Assembly (NCBI GenBank): GCA_012295275.1 | Contig: CM022670.1 | Location: 40,610,001-40,674,000, forward strand | Reading direction: 5' to 3' | Length of the DNA stretch: 64,000 nucleotides | From: Chrysomallon squamiferum | Taxonomy: Eukaryota > Animalia > Mollusca | Shown here: in pieces, positions 1 to 11,467 of the stretch | How positions within the stretch are numbered: position 1 is the stretch's first letter | How the letters are laid out: each line of letters begins with the position of its first letter | Notes under the pieces: model-generated | What the model saw: only the letters and a program-made list of their open reading frames with translations | Databases searched by the model: none | What the model was told of the DNA's origin: nothing | Translations under genes and position numbers: made by a program

Positions 1-618
1 AAAGATATTTATCGCTGGGTGCAACGGAATGGGCTTTAAACGCAGCGAGGTAGGTGATTATTTTCTCAAACTGAAATCAATAACTCTTGAACAAATATCA
101 CCTACTTCAAGTTCAGTCTGTTAATGTCTTACAGCATTTTTCAAAAATCTAATCGGTTTATTTTATTCAAAGAACGGCACACTAGAATTCGCTGGGGGTC
201 AGTGATCTGCAAGTCCCAAGGTTACATTATTCATTTTAATTCTTAAGATTTATTGATTTCAGGCCACAATTGGAGAAAATTATCACCTACCACACTCATT
301 TCGAAAATTAGAATTGTAATTTAAAATATATATATATATATATTTTTTTTTTTATTTCCAACAATGAAAGTATATTAAGCTTTTGAAAGTCAAGGGTGGA
401 TTCAGAACGGAAGGCATCACTGGAATTAATGGCCTGCAATGTAACAGTAGCTGATTACAATTAATTAGAAGTGAGAAATCATTTTTATTTATTTATTTAT
501 AATTTGTTTTTATTAGTTATTAGTTATTATTTATTTATTTTTATGATTATTATTATCTTTCATTTTGGAAACAAAATATTTAGCTATCTCTTTACATTTT
601 GAAAAACGAGATATTTCA

Positions 619-619
619 A

Positions 620-668
<49 letters not shown>
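619..668. repeat. (AAT)n microsatellite
   Basis: Direct reading. Confidence 0.95.
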
Positions 669-788
669 TATATATATGAAATATGGAAATGTCGGATATT
701 AACTCTTGTTATTTTTTTCTAATGAACCCATCAGACATTTGTCCCAACGTAAAATTTGTCAGCCCAAAAGTTAATCGGTATGAACTAT

Positions 789-793
789 CACAC

Positions 794-828
<35 letters not shown>
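789..828. repeat. (CA)n microsatellite
   Basis: Direct reading. Confidence 0.95.
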
Positions 829-829
<1 letters not shown>

Positions 830-1173
830 TGCCACCCGATCAAATAATAAATAAAATAAAATAAAATGAATAAATAAATAAATAAAATAGTAAAAATAAA
901 ATAACTGCAATATAAAATAAATAATAAGTAAATACCGTTGATGCTAATACATATATACATAAGAATCAATCGTTAATATCTGTAAAACCATAAGATAAAA
1001 AGGCGGGTGTGAAGGGGAAAAGAAAGATAGTATGTTCCGCAAAATTTACGGGTTTTCATTTCACGACACTGGACCTTTTGTAGTATTTTGCCCCTCCTGC
1101 TCACCACCCGACAAAAAAACACCCAAAAAAGCCATTAATAAAAAAATAAAAAAATAAATAAATATACACAAAG

Positions 1174-1204
<31 letters not shown>

Positions 1205-2502
1205 TACAACAACAATACAGTTACAATACAAAAACAAAACAACAACATCGGCCTTCAGAATATAACTAAACTGTGTTTGTGTAAGCTGTATGTTTATTTG
1301 CTGCCCATGATACATTATTTTAAATGTTTATTTCATATAACTTTAAGAAATGGATACGATAAATACAATTTAAAAAACAAAAAAATTAAAAAAATTGGAT
1401 CAGTGCCTAAAACAACAAATAAATACCATCAAAAAACATGCAAAAAATAAAATATTTAAATACATTTTTAAACTTGCCTTTCCATCAAAGACTATCCTTT
1501 AAGTAGGAAAAAAAAAAAAAGGTTTACTAATGTATTCCCTCTTCTTAACTATGTTTGATGCTCTGCAACATAAGTGGGATTCTGAAGTAAAACAACAACA
1601 ACAAAACAAACTGAGTTTGAGAACTTTTTGTGTCCTATTATGTAAAAAGTTAGTCATCTTAAATTTCTTCATTTGATGACATTCGTAAATGTAGTGATAA
1701 ATATCCAAGAGAAATAAAAGCTGTAGAAAGATATTCACAGTAAATTGATGGCTTTTAAATGGTGCTACTACTAATAATGCAGTTTATGTCAACTGTCATG
1801 GACATAGCGAGTAGTGTCGATGTCAGACTTAATACTTTTTGTTTTTTTACTTTAAACGTCAAGTAATATATTTCTTATATAATACATTATCTTCTTACTC
1901 TTGATATGCAAGTCTGTAACTCTCACACACGCATACATAGGTGCATGCATGCATATACGCACCTGTATCAGACATAAATAGTTATTTATATTGACAGATG
2001 TCATTTTTAATTCATTTTTTAAACTTTGTTTTATTTAATTATATTATTTTTATTTTTTTTTAACAATACTATTATTATGTCAGTTTCAGATGTACATTAA
2101 CATTAAGATAATGATAACTAAAACTGAGATATACAGACCAGGATTACATTAATTTTACTGGGAATGCAACTTTAAAAAAAAAGATATATAGATTTTTTTT
2201 TCTTTTAATTTATTTAAATTATTTGTATTAACAAAGATGCTACAAACATAAATCTTTAGAGCAATTATATAATAGTACTAAATTTATTAAAATAATAATT
2301 AACATATTTATAAGTTATAAATTAAATTTAGAAAATTAAGATTATAAGTGTGTCTCTTTTTTTTTCTTCTTTCTGATATTATTAAATATTATTATTTGGT
2401 TTCAGTTTCAACTTCCTTGACATTTGACTGTTAACTGTTGGAGGATATTATCTGTAACTATAAATGGACTGATGACTAACATTTGATATATTTGACTTAC
2501 AG

Positions 2503-2555
2503 GAAAGAACGGTATACAAACATAGTTTAGTCTGTCCTGATAATGATACAAAACA
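2503..2555 (+). other. Candidate non-coding 5'UTR exon of RPTP copy 1 (homologue at 21645-21697)
   Basis: Bounded by ttacag| and |gtaagt in both copies. The ATG exon is itself preceded by an acceptor-like ctaacag, which implies an upstream exon. Confidence 0.4.
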
Positions 2556-2766
2556 GTAAGTTAGGTCAATTAGTTATTAAGTTTTAAGCAATGATTGTGT
2601 AGTTTTAAGTTGTAGCATTACTTACTCGTATTATTTGTCTTCTATTATTATTACAACAGTCTGTAACGGATTTTTCTGGACAGTTTGAATAGATCATAGT
2701 TAAAGAATGGCCTGAAGATAAAAAGTAGTTTTGTTAAAGTTTTGAAAATAAATATCTAACAGCAAC

Positions 2767-2821
2767 ATGAAGTTGATGCTGGTGTTTGGATGCCTCTTGA
2801 CATTTCTGTCTGGGAATACAG
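2767..2821 (+). CDS. Signal peptide exon, RPTP copy 1
   Basis: [18 protein letters not shown] followed by a phase-1 donor; identical in copy 2. Confidence 0.8.
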
Positions 2822-5800
2822 GTGAAGTATAGTCTTGAACAAAATATGAACATGATATATATATATATATAGCAAGATTGTTTAAGCAGAATGAAAGTTT
2901 TAGTTTACTGTAAAGAATTATTTTTTATTACTACATTTTTGGGTAATAAATTAACAATAAATTTTATTTACCCAATTCATGTGAAGAAGTTAATATGTGT
3001 CTGTTTGTGTGTACATGTATACATACTAAGATTTTCTCAGCAAATTTACTTATTACACATTTGTTAATATGAATTTAATATATTCAGCTTTTGTCATATT
3101 AAATTATAAATAAGTTGGTGCTTAATAAATTCATTATAATAAGTAATATGGCCTGACTTAATTTGATATTATGTTCATCCTTTACACCACTTTCTTATTT
3201 TATATATAATTTTCCTTTTTTTTTTAAATTTTAATTTTTAATTTTTAATTTTTGTTGCAAATAAATTTATTTGGTTATTTTAAAACATATAATTTTTTTC
3301 TTTTCTTTTCTTTTTTTTAAGAGTTAATGTTTATGTATTTGTCCAACAATTTTTTCGTGTATTTAAAATTTATTATGAAATTCTTTCTATTGACGATTTT
3401 TACGAACTTCTAAATTTAACATTATTAATTATATTATATTTTTTAATTCTTTTGATTATTTTTTCTCAGTTTGTTTGAATGCTTTTCTTTTTTTTCTAGT
3501 TTCATCATTAAAAACATGTAATAATACTGCAACATGGTGTAATGATTATCCATCCAGATGTAAAAGTTACCCAGTTCCTCCTGACATGATGAAAAACTGT
3601 AAAAAAACATGTCATGTATGTAACGAAGGTGAGGAATTTAATTTCTATTTATCTGTGTAATTAAGGTGAGACATTTACTATAATTTTCACTACTAGTGAA
3701 ACAAATAAATGAAATGAAATATTTATATACTATTTTCATCAGTGAAGGTAATTAAGCTTAAACAAATTAGTTTTTTCTTACTGGATATATAATCAGGGTA
3801 CCTAATTTAATAACTAATTTGTAATTGTTTATTTCTGGCAATCAAGCTATTAAATATACTTTTATTTGTAATTAATATTTCATTTGAAGTCTCTTGTTAT
3901 TTTCTGATTTTACTTTAGAATCCTTATCTAGTTTCTAATTTTGTTGTATGAGTTACTTATTGGTGTTAAGCTTAAAAAAAAAAAAGTGTATTTAGTTGTT
4001 TAAAATCAGATAATTATACATATAATACTAATGAGTAATTGTGCAAATGAATTTTTAAACAAAAATAACTGAATTGTACTGTTATTGGTAGAGTAACTCA
4101 TTTACTCTGAATGTACTAAACAGTACATTATCATACAATTCCCACAGTGGACCAATATTAGTACCAATTATTATTTTTAATTTTTAAATTTTTGTAGTTT
4201 TTTTAGCTCATGAAATAGACCTATGAAATCACTTTACAGCTTCATATAATCCTAACATTTTTTAATTTTTAATTTTATAATTTGTTAATTATTTTGTCCA
4301 TGGGTCATTGTTTGATTGAAATAAATGATATTATTTATGTATACATTAGCAGACACTCTAAATCAAATAAAATGTGTTTTCTTAGACACAAGTTTGTTTC
4401 ATGACAAAAACAAAAAATCTGTAGTATTGAAAACTGGCCTTTATCTTTGTTGAAAATCAGTTAGTCGTTCACTTGTGATGAAAAAAACAACCCAAAATTC
4501 TTTTAAATATTTTCAAATTTCATTCAAACAAACCAAAACAACAACAAACAAAACCTATTTACAAATATATAAAGAATCTTAATTTCATTTCAGCAATTTT
4601 AACATTGGGTACTTATTTTTCAGATGGTACATGTGGTCTTGGTTACTATGGAGATGTCTGTTCCCCATGCAAGGATCGCTGTACCGGCTGGGACTGTGAT
4701 ACAGTTACAGGTTCTGAGTGTCCACAGAACTGTCCTGCTGGGAAAAGAGGAATGACATGCAGTGAAAACTGTCCTCCTGGGTGTTTGGAGTCATGTGATC
4801 GTTGGACAGACATTTGTGCTGAATGTCAGGAAGGAAAATGGGGTCTGTTCTGTAATCAGACTTGTCCTGAACAATGTAAAAACTGCAATCAAACAAATGG
4901 GAAATGTACTGAATGTAAAGAAATTACCAGCGATCCACCTAAATGTGATAAACAAGAGATAAACTGTAACAGATGTTTAAACAATAAATGTAATTTGTCA
5001 GGAATTTGTCTGGATGGATGCATTGGACGTTACTGGGGAGACCACTGTCAGAACTCTTGTCCCAGTGGATGTATTGATTCTGAATGTTATGCAAATGGTA
5101 CTTGTACCAAAGGCTGTGTTGCTTCATACTACGGATTAAACTGTTCAACTAAGTGTAGTTCACACTGCAAACCTGTTAAGAGTTCAAAGAAAAGACTTTG
5201 TAATCGCTATTCTGGTGAATGTACAAATAAATGTGTTAACGGATGGTATCTTAGAAATTGCACAGAGAAATGCAGTGAAAACTGTAAAAATAACTTGTGC
5301 TATGTTCCAAAAGGCAAGTGTAAGAGAGGCTGTAAACCTGGTTGGTTTGGAAAACAGTGTTCTAAGAGATGTCCACCTTGTAAAAGTCAAACCTGTGATA
5401 GAGATACTGGCAGTTGTTTTTATGGATGTCTTGATGGTTTCCTTGGGAATTTCTGCAATTTAACCTGCAGTGAAGGATATTTTGGTGAAATGTGTAGTGA
5501 AAAATGTAGCAATAACTGTGTGAATTCTACTTGTAGTTTTGACACTGGATTTTGTAATCAAGGTTGTATTCCTGGCTATTACGGTGACCACTGTAACAAA
5601 ACATGTTTCTCATGTAAAGATAACACATGTTATCAAAACTATGGAACATGTCTCTCAGGATGTCAGCCTGGGTCCTATGGTATGAAATGTGACTTGAACT
5701 GCAGTGAAAATTGTAAACCCAGAGATAATCCTGGCCGTTACATCTATTGTGACCAGACCAGTGGAAGATGCTTAGATGGGTGTGTGAGGAGTAAATATGG

Positions 5801-8800
5801 AGATGACTGTAGCAGATCATGTAGTGATGCATGTGTTGGTCGTGTATGCAACCAGACATCAGGTAATTGTCTCTATGGCTGTGCTGCAGGCTGGTATGGG
5901 ATCGACTGTTCCAGACGTTGTAGTAGTTTGTGTGGTTTTAACAGTCGCTCTGAGAGACAGTGTAATCAGACAACTGGACATTGTCTCACTGGCTGTCAGC
6001 AGGGCTACTATGGAACTGACTGTTCTCTGCAGTGTGACAACCGATGTTTCTATAAGACTTGTGAGATGGAGTCGGGGAAGTGTGTGCAGGGATGTGTCGT
6101 GGGCTGGAAAGGTCCATACTGTAAACAAGGTATTAGTTTATAACAAAGTCAATGTGTGGATTAACAAAATGTGTGCCCTATTGTACAGCAAAAATCTGTT
6201 TTGAATAACAAAATGCTACTGGATCAATATCTTATTTTAATCTTTAAAACTTTAGTGAATGAAAACCCAAAATGTACATTTGTATTGTTTAAATGAAATA
6301 TTAAATATTTATTATTAACAGTAATTAGTACCTAGCATCAAAAAGTACAGTAAACTGGTCATTTACAAAATGTGTACAGGCCAGTTATTTTACAGGCTAG
6401 TTATACATATATAAATCACTGAATAAATAAATATACCTTGATTAATTGTCAGAAGAATTGATTAACAGATTGTACTGATTACAAAGTATAGTAGTATCAT
6501 TGTTTTAATCATATCTTCTTAATCAGAATGTTCTCATGGATATTATGGTCAGAACTGCAATCTGACTTGTGGTCACTGCACTGACCAACTCACTTGTGAT
6601 CGATTGACTGGGAAATGTCCTAAAGATGTGTGTGCTGCTGGCTTCACTGGAATTTACTGCAATCGTATGTATATGAAAAATATATTTTAATTTGGTTAAT
6701 ATATATATTTTAAATATAGATATTTGGAAATACAGATATTTTAAGTATGTATGTATATGTATACATATATATATATATATTTATATATACATACACTCAA
6801 AGATACATACACAGGTATATACTGTGTGCATTCAAATGCATACATATGTGTGTACATGCATGGGCACACACACATACATATACACATACACATACACATA
6901 CAAACATACATACATATAAAATTATTGTTTTCTGAATAATATACTCTTTCACTTTGTCTGAAATGTTAATGTCTTAACTGAATTGGTATATATTCCAAAA
7001 TCTGAGATCCAAAACACATTTGGTCCCAATCATTTTAGATAACGTATTCTCAACATGTATTAATACTTTGTAACAATGATTGTTTATAAGATATGGAATG
7101 TTGAATGAATAGAAGCATTAAAAATCACAATGCTGAGGGTTTAACTTGATTTGATCTCTGCCTCAAAAATACATTTGAGAAAACACTTTACAGTTAATGT
7201 TTTTTTTTTTTTTTTGTGTGTTTAGAAGCTGTTTCTGAGCTACAGACATCATCAGACAAAATTATGATGATTCCTGTGATGGCTGTTGCAGCTTCTGTCT
7301 TTGTTTTAATTGTTGCTGTCATTGTTGCCATTATGCATAGAAGGTAAAAAAGAAAGAAAAAAATACATGTATTTTTCACTGTTTACTCTTGTATTAAATT
7401 ATCATTATTTAATATCTGAATATTGTAATTAACATCTGTTATGTTGCAATTACTTATTGTGTGTTGGTTATAAAATTTCCTTAAATAAAACGATCTTTTT
7501 GTTATTTTCACTGTAATTGTTTATGTGATTTTGGAATTACTATTACACAAAAATGGCTTCATAATTTTAAATTCTTTGGAGGTGAATTATTGAAATTATT
7601 TTTCAGACACACAGCAAATGCAGACCATCTACGAAATGATGAATATGACATTATTTCTAATTCATCCCATGACACAGGTTTTGATGTATTTACTGTAATA
7701 GCAACAACAACATTATCATCAACATTATTATTATTATTATTATTATCATTATTATCATTATTATTATCATTATCATTATCATTATTATCATTATTATTAT
7801 TTTTATACATTTTTTTATTAATTATTTTCATTATCTGTAATATAATTATTGACAAAAACAGAAGTAACAACAACAACAGGAATGAGAATAGTTATAATAA
7901 TAGTAATAACAATAACAATGTCAATAATAATAATAATTACTATTATTATCTGATCATTACATTATGTAACAATTTCTAAATGTCATTCAATCTGCCAAAT
8001 ATTTATGTTTTTACATCATGTGACATGAAATATATATATATATACACACACACACACATACAGGTCAAACAAAAAAACAAAAAATAGAAATTTTAATAAC
8101 TTAATTTTCTTAGGGTTGAAAATAACTAGAAGGAAGGGTTGGAAAAAGGCTGTAAGAAGGAAAAAGAAAGAAGTAAATGGAACGAGTGCTGAAGGAGCAG
8201 CTGTGGGTGTGAACTCTGCAGAAGAATGTGAGTCGCTGTTAGCAGAAGACACAGTCATTAAACTGTCCAATCTCTGGAACCATGTTCAGCACATGAAGAA
8301 CAAAGATTTGTTCACAAAGCAGTTTGAGGTGTGCACATTCAAAGACATAAACACATCGAACATGAATTATTCTTTTGCGTCACTACATGGTCCTATTTCA
8401 TACACATCGTATTTTAATTTTTTATCATTTGATTAATTAAATACCTCAGTGTCCTTTTGTAATGACGTTTTGCCAGAGTATCCATTTAAAATTAAAAAAT
8501 ATATAATTTTTAAAAGTTTCAAACCAATTGAAGGGAAAACCTTTTTTAATCTACATTTTTGGGGGTATTTTGATTAAACATTAAACAGTTCATGGTCATT
8601 ATTTCTCAGACTTTTGCAATATCAGTTTACTTAATATCATTTGAATTTATTTAGATAATTATTTGCATTTTTCTCTTTTCAATTTGTCAAATGGCAGTCT
8701 GAGTTTTTTCTTAAGGTTAAAAATAACATGACATTGTTATTGATTCATTTCTTTTCAAAATTCAGAAATTGCCTTCAGGCCTTATCGAGTCATGCAATAT

Positions 8801-11364
8801 TGCTATGAAGCCAGCAAACAGAGTGAAGAACAGATACAGAAATATATGTGCTTGTAAGTAATTTAATCAGTAAATTTGTACGTGTCTCAGAATGTTCAGT
8901 GGAATTTTTAATATCTATGCTGGTAATGTGAATATTGCTCTAAATATATTAAACTGATATCTCTAAAGTTTGTTCTTTGATTCTTTTATTAATAATTTAA
9001 AACAAAAATGAGGTAATCCAAAATTTGTTTTAATAAATGATTGTATTCCAAGAAAAATATAAAACTTTGGTTCTATGTAAAGTATATATTTTTAAAGAAC
9101 TCCTCTATAACTAATCATTCTAAACAAGAGTTACATAATATTTTAAATTGAACAGATTTTGCAACAGCTTAATATGATTGAAATCTGATTACTAGTTACT
9201 GTATTGTTATAAAAAAAATGTGCTCTTCAGATTGTCCTAAAAAATATTGTATGGCATTCTAATATCTAATAATTTGGTTTCAGATGATAATTCCAGGGTT
9301 ATTCTACAATGCGAACCTGACGATCCTGATTCTGACTATATTAATGCTTGTTATATAGATGTGAGTATAAAATACATAGCACATATTTATATCTGAACAC
9401 CTGCATGATATATTTTGTGTGTATGTGTCTGTATGTGTGAATGAGTGGAAGACATTGAATCAAGTCACTGAATACATTTTAAAATGCTATCTATTGTGTT
9501 TTTACTACTAAAACTAAAACAACATTTTTTGCAGGGTTTCAGAATTCAGAAACAGTACATAGCCGCTCAAGGTAAATTAATAAAGTTTATATAATCTGTA
9601 TCTGTCTCCCTCGTCTTCCATTCATCCATCCTTCTATATTTCACTGATTATTTAATACAGTTCTGAATGTCTTCATAGTTCAAACAAATTGGAAAACATG
9701 TATCTGTACATTTAACAGTGCTTTCTGTATGGATGTGCATTGGTGTTTGTTTTATTTTTGCATGTAGGCCCAGTGGATGGCAACCTGAATGATTTCTGGA
9801 GAATGATTTGGCAACAGAAAACTTCTAAAATTGTTATGTTGACTAATCTGGTGGAAGAAGGACAAGTATGGAATATATATATATATTTAAATACTGTATC
9901 AATAAATTTAAGATTTGAAAATAATAAAGCAGATATATGTATTTTGTATACAGTATGATGCTATTTAATATTTGAATATAATTTAATTTGTATATGAGTG
10001 GGAGAATAATGTAAATTTAAATTTAGTTTTTAATGTTTTGATAAATGTAAAATAAATGTTAATTCTGAGTTCAGTATAAAAGCACTTTGATGATCAGATT
10101 AATTTAAATCTCGTGTTAGATAAACAGAAACTCACTGATAACATTTAGATAAATATGAATTAACAGATATATGTTAAATAAAATTCAATATATTTAGATA
10201 ATTTTAAAATGTTTCAGACTTAAAAGATGAAATTAGGTTTTGATATCCAAAAGAATTGCATTTAATGTTTAGCTAAATGTTAAATGGCTTAATATTCAGA
10301 TAAATGTGAAATTGCTATTAATATTTAGTTTATAGTAATGAAAGTAACAAAAAAAACATGTTAGTGTTGAGACATGCAGTTTTAAAATATATGTAAACTA
10401 ACTTGCATTGTTGAGATGCATACAAGCATTGTTTGTATTTAGTTTCAATTTTGTGGTAGCAATTGTATCTAACAAAATAACACACTAGACATGCAATGAC
10501 AGAAACTGGAAAATATCCAGAGTTACTCAGTTACCAGGATCAAATAACAGTGTAATCTTATACATAAAAACATTTGAGGCTGTCCCAAGCCACCACTTAA
10601 ATTTGATTAATAACTGAGAACACATGAAACCACTAAAATAAACTCATATATAATCAGCTAATGTACTAACATGAAAGTAACAGTCAATTAACAGTTCAAA
10701 CCTTCTGAATTGCGTCCAGAATAATTATGATATTGTTTTGAAACTATTAATGTTTACTAGTTAATAACAGAAATAATTCTACTGCTTTCAGCTTGAACTA
10801 ATCCTAACATTACTGTTCAACTTGTAAGTTTGTGGCAGTATGCTTTATTTTTTTTTTAACTCTTCTGAAAATGTTTTGTCTTTCTGAATTAATACTTTTA
10901 ATTTTTTAAACTTTGTTTTTAATGATGTGCTATTTTTGAAAAATTGTTATATTTATTAATTTTTAATTTTATTTATTATAACATTAATTGTTCTTTATGA
11001 AAATTATTAATATAAACTATCTGCATTTTTTCTTCAAAATATACATGTATTAATGTTATTACCATTTATTATATTATTATTATTATAAATACTATTATAA
11101 TTATTATTTATTACTGTTATTTATTATTTTTGTTGTTATTGTTATTATCATTATTATTATCATTATTATGATGATGATGACTAAATTTTAAAAAAACCTG
11201 TTTTGGCAGATCAAGTGTATTACTTACTGGCCAGAGTTAGATGATGAGTCAGTTAAATATGGACAGTTGGAGGTGAAATGTATTTCTGTAGACGTCCTCG
11301 CACACTTCACAATTCGAACATTTAAAATTCATTCCATCACTGAGGTTTGCTTCCTTTAAATACC

Positions 11365-11407
<43 letters not shown>

Positions 11408-11428
11408 GTGTGTGTATGTGTATGTGTA

Positions 11429-11467
<39 letters not shown>

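Noticed and set aside
1-49. Possible exon end (KIFIAGCNGMGFKRSE|gtaggt) at the window start
   Set aside because: Too short and truncated; no homology recognised and no downstream partner exon found.
709-1738. Minus-strand ORFs of 79-86 aa
   Set aside because: Products of microsatellites and AT-rich low-complexity sequence.
5940-5960. RSER (copy 1) versus HFER (copy 2) as a copy-specific furin site; also SSKKR
   Set aside because: Only a minimal RxxR or dibasic match inside disulfide-bonded repeats; too weak.
4705-6204. Alternative-frame and antisense ORFs over the EGF exon (and 24579-26078)
   Set aside because: Shadows of the Cys-rich coding frame; shared between copies only because of the duplication.
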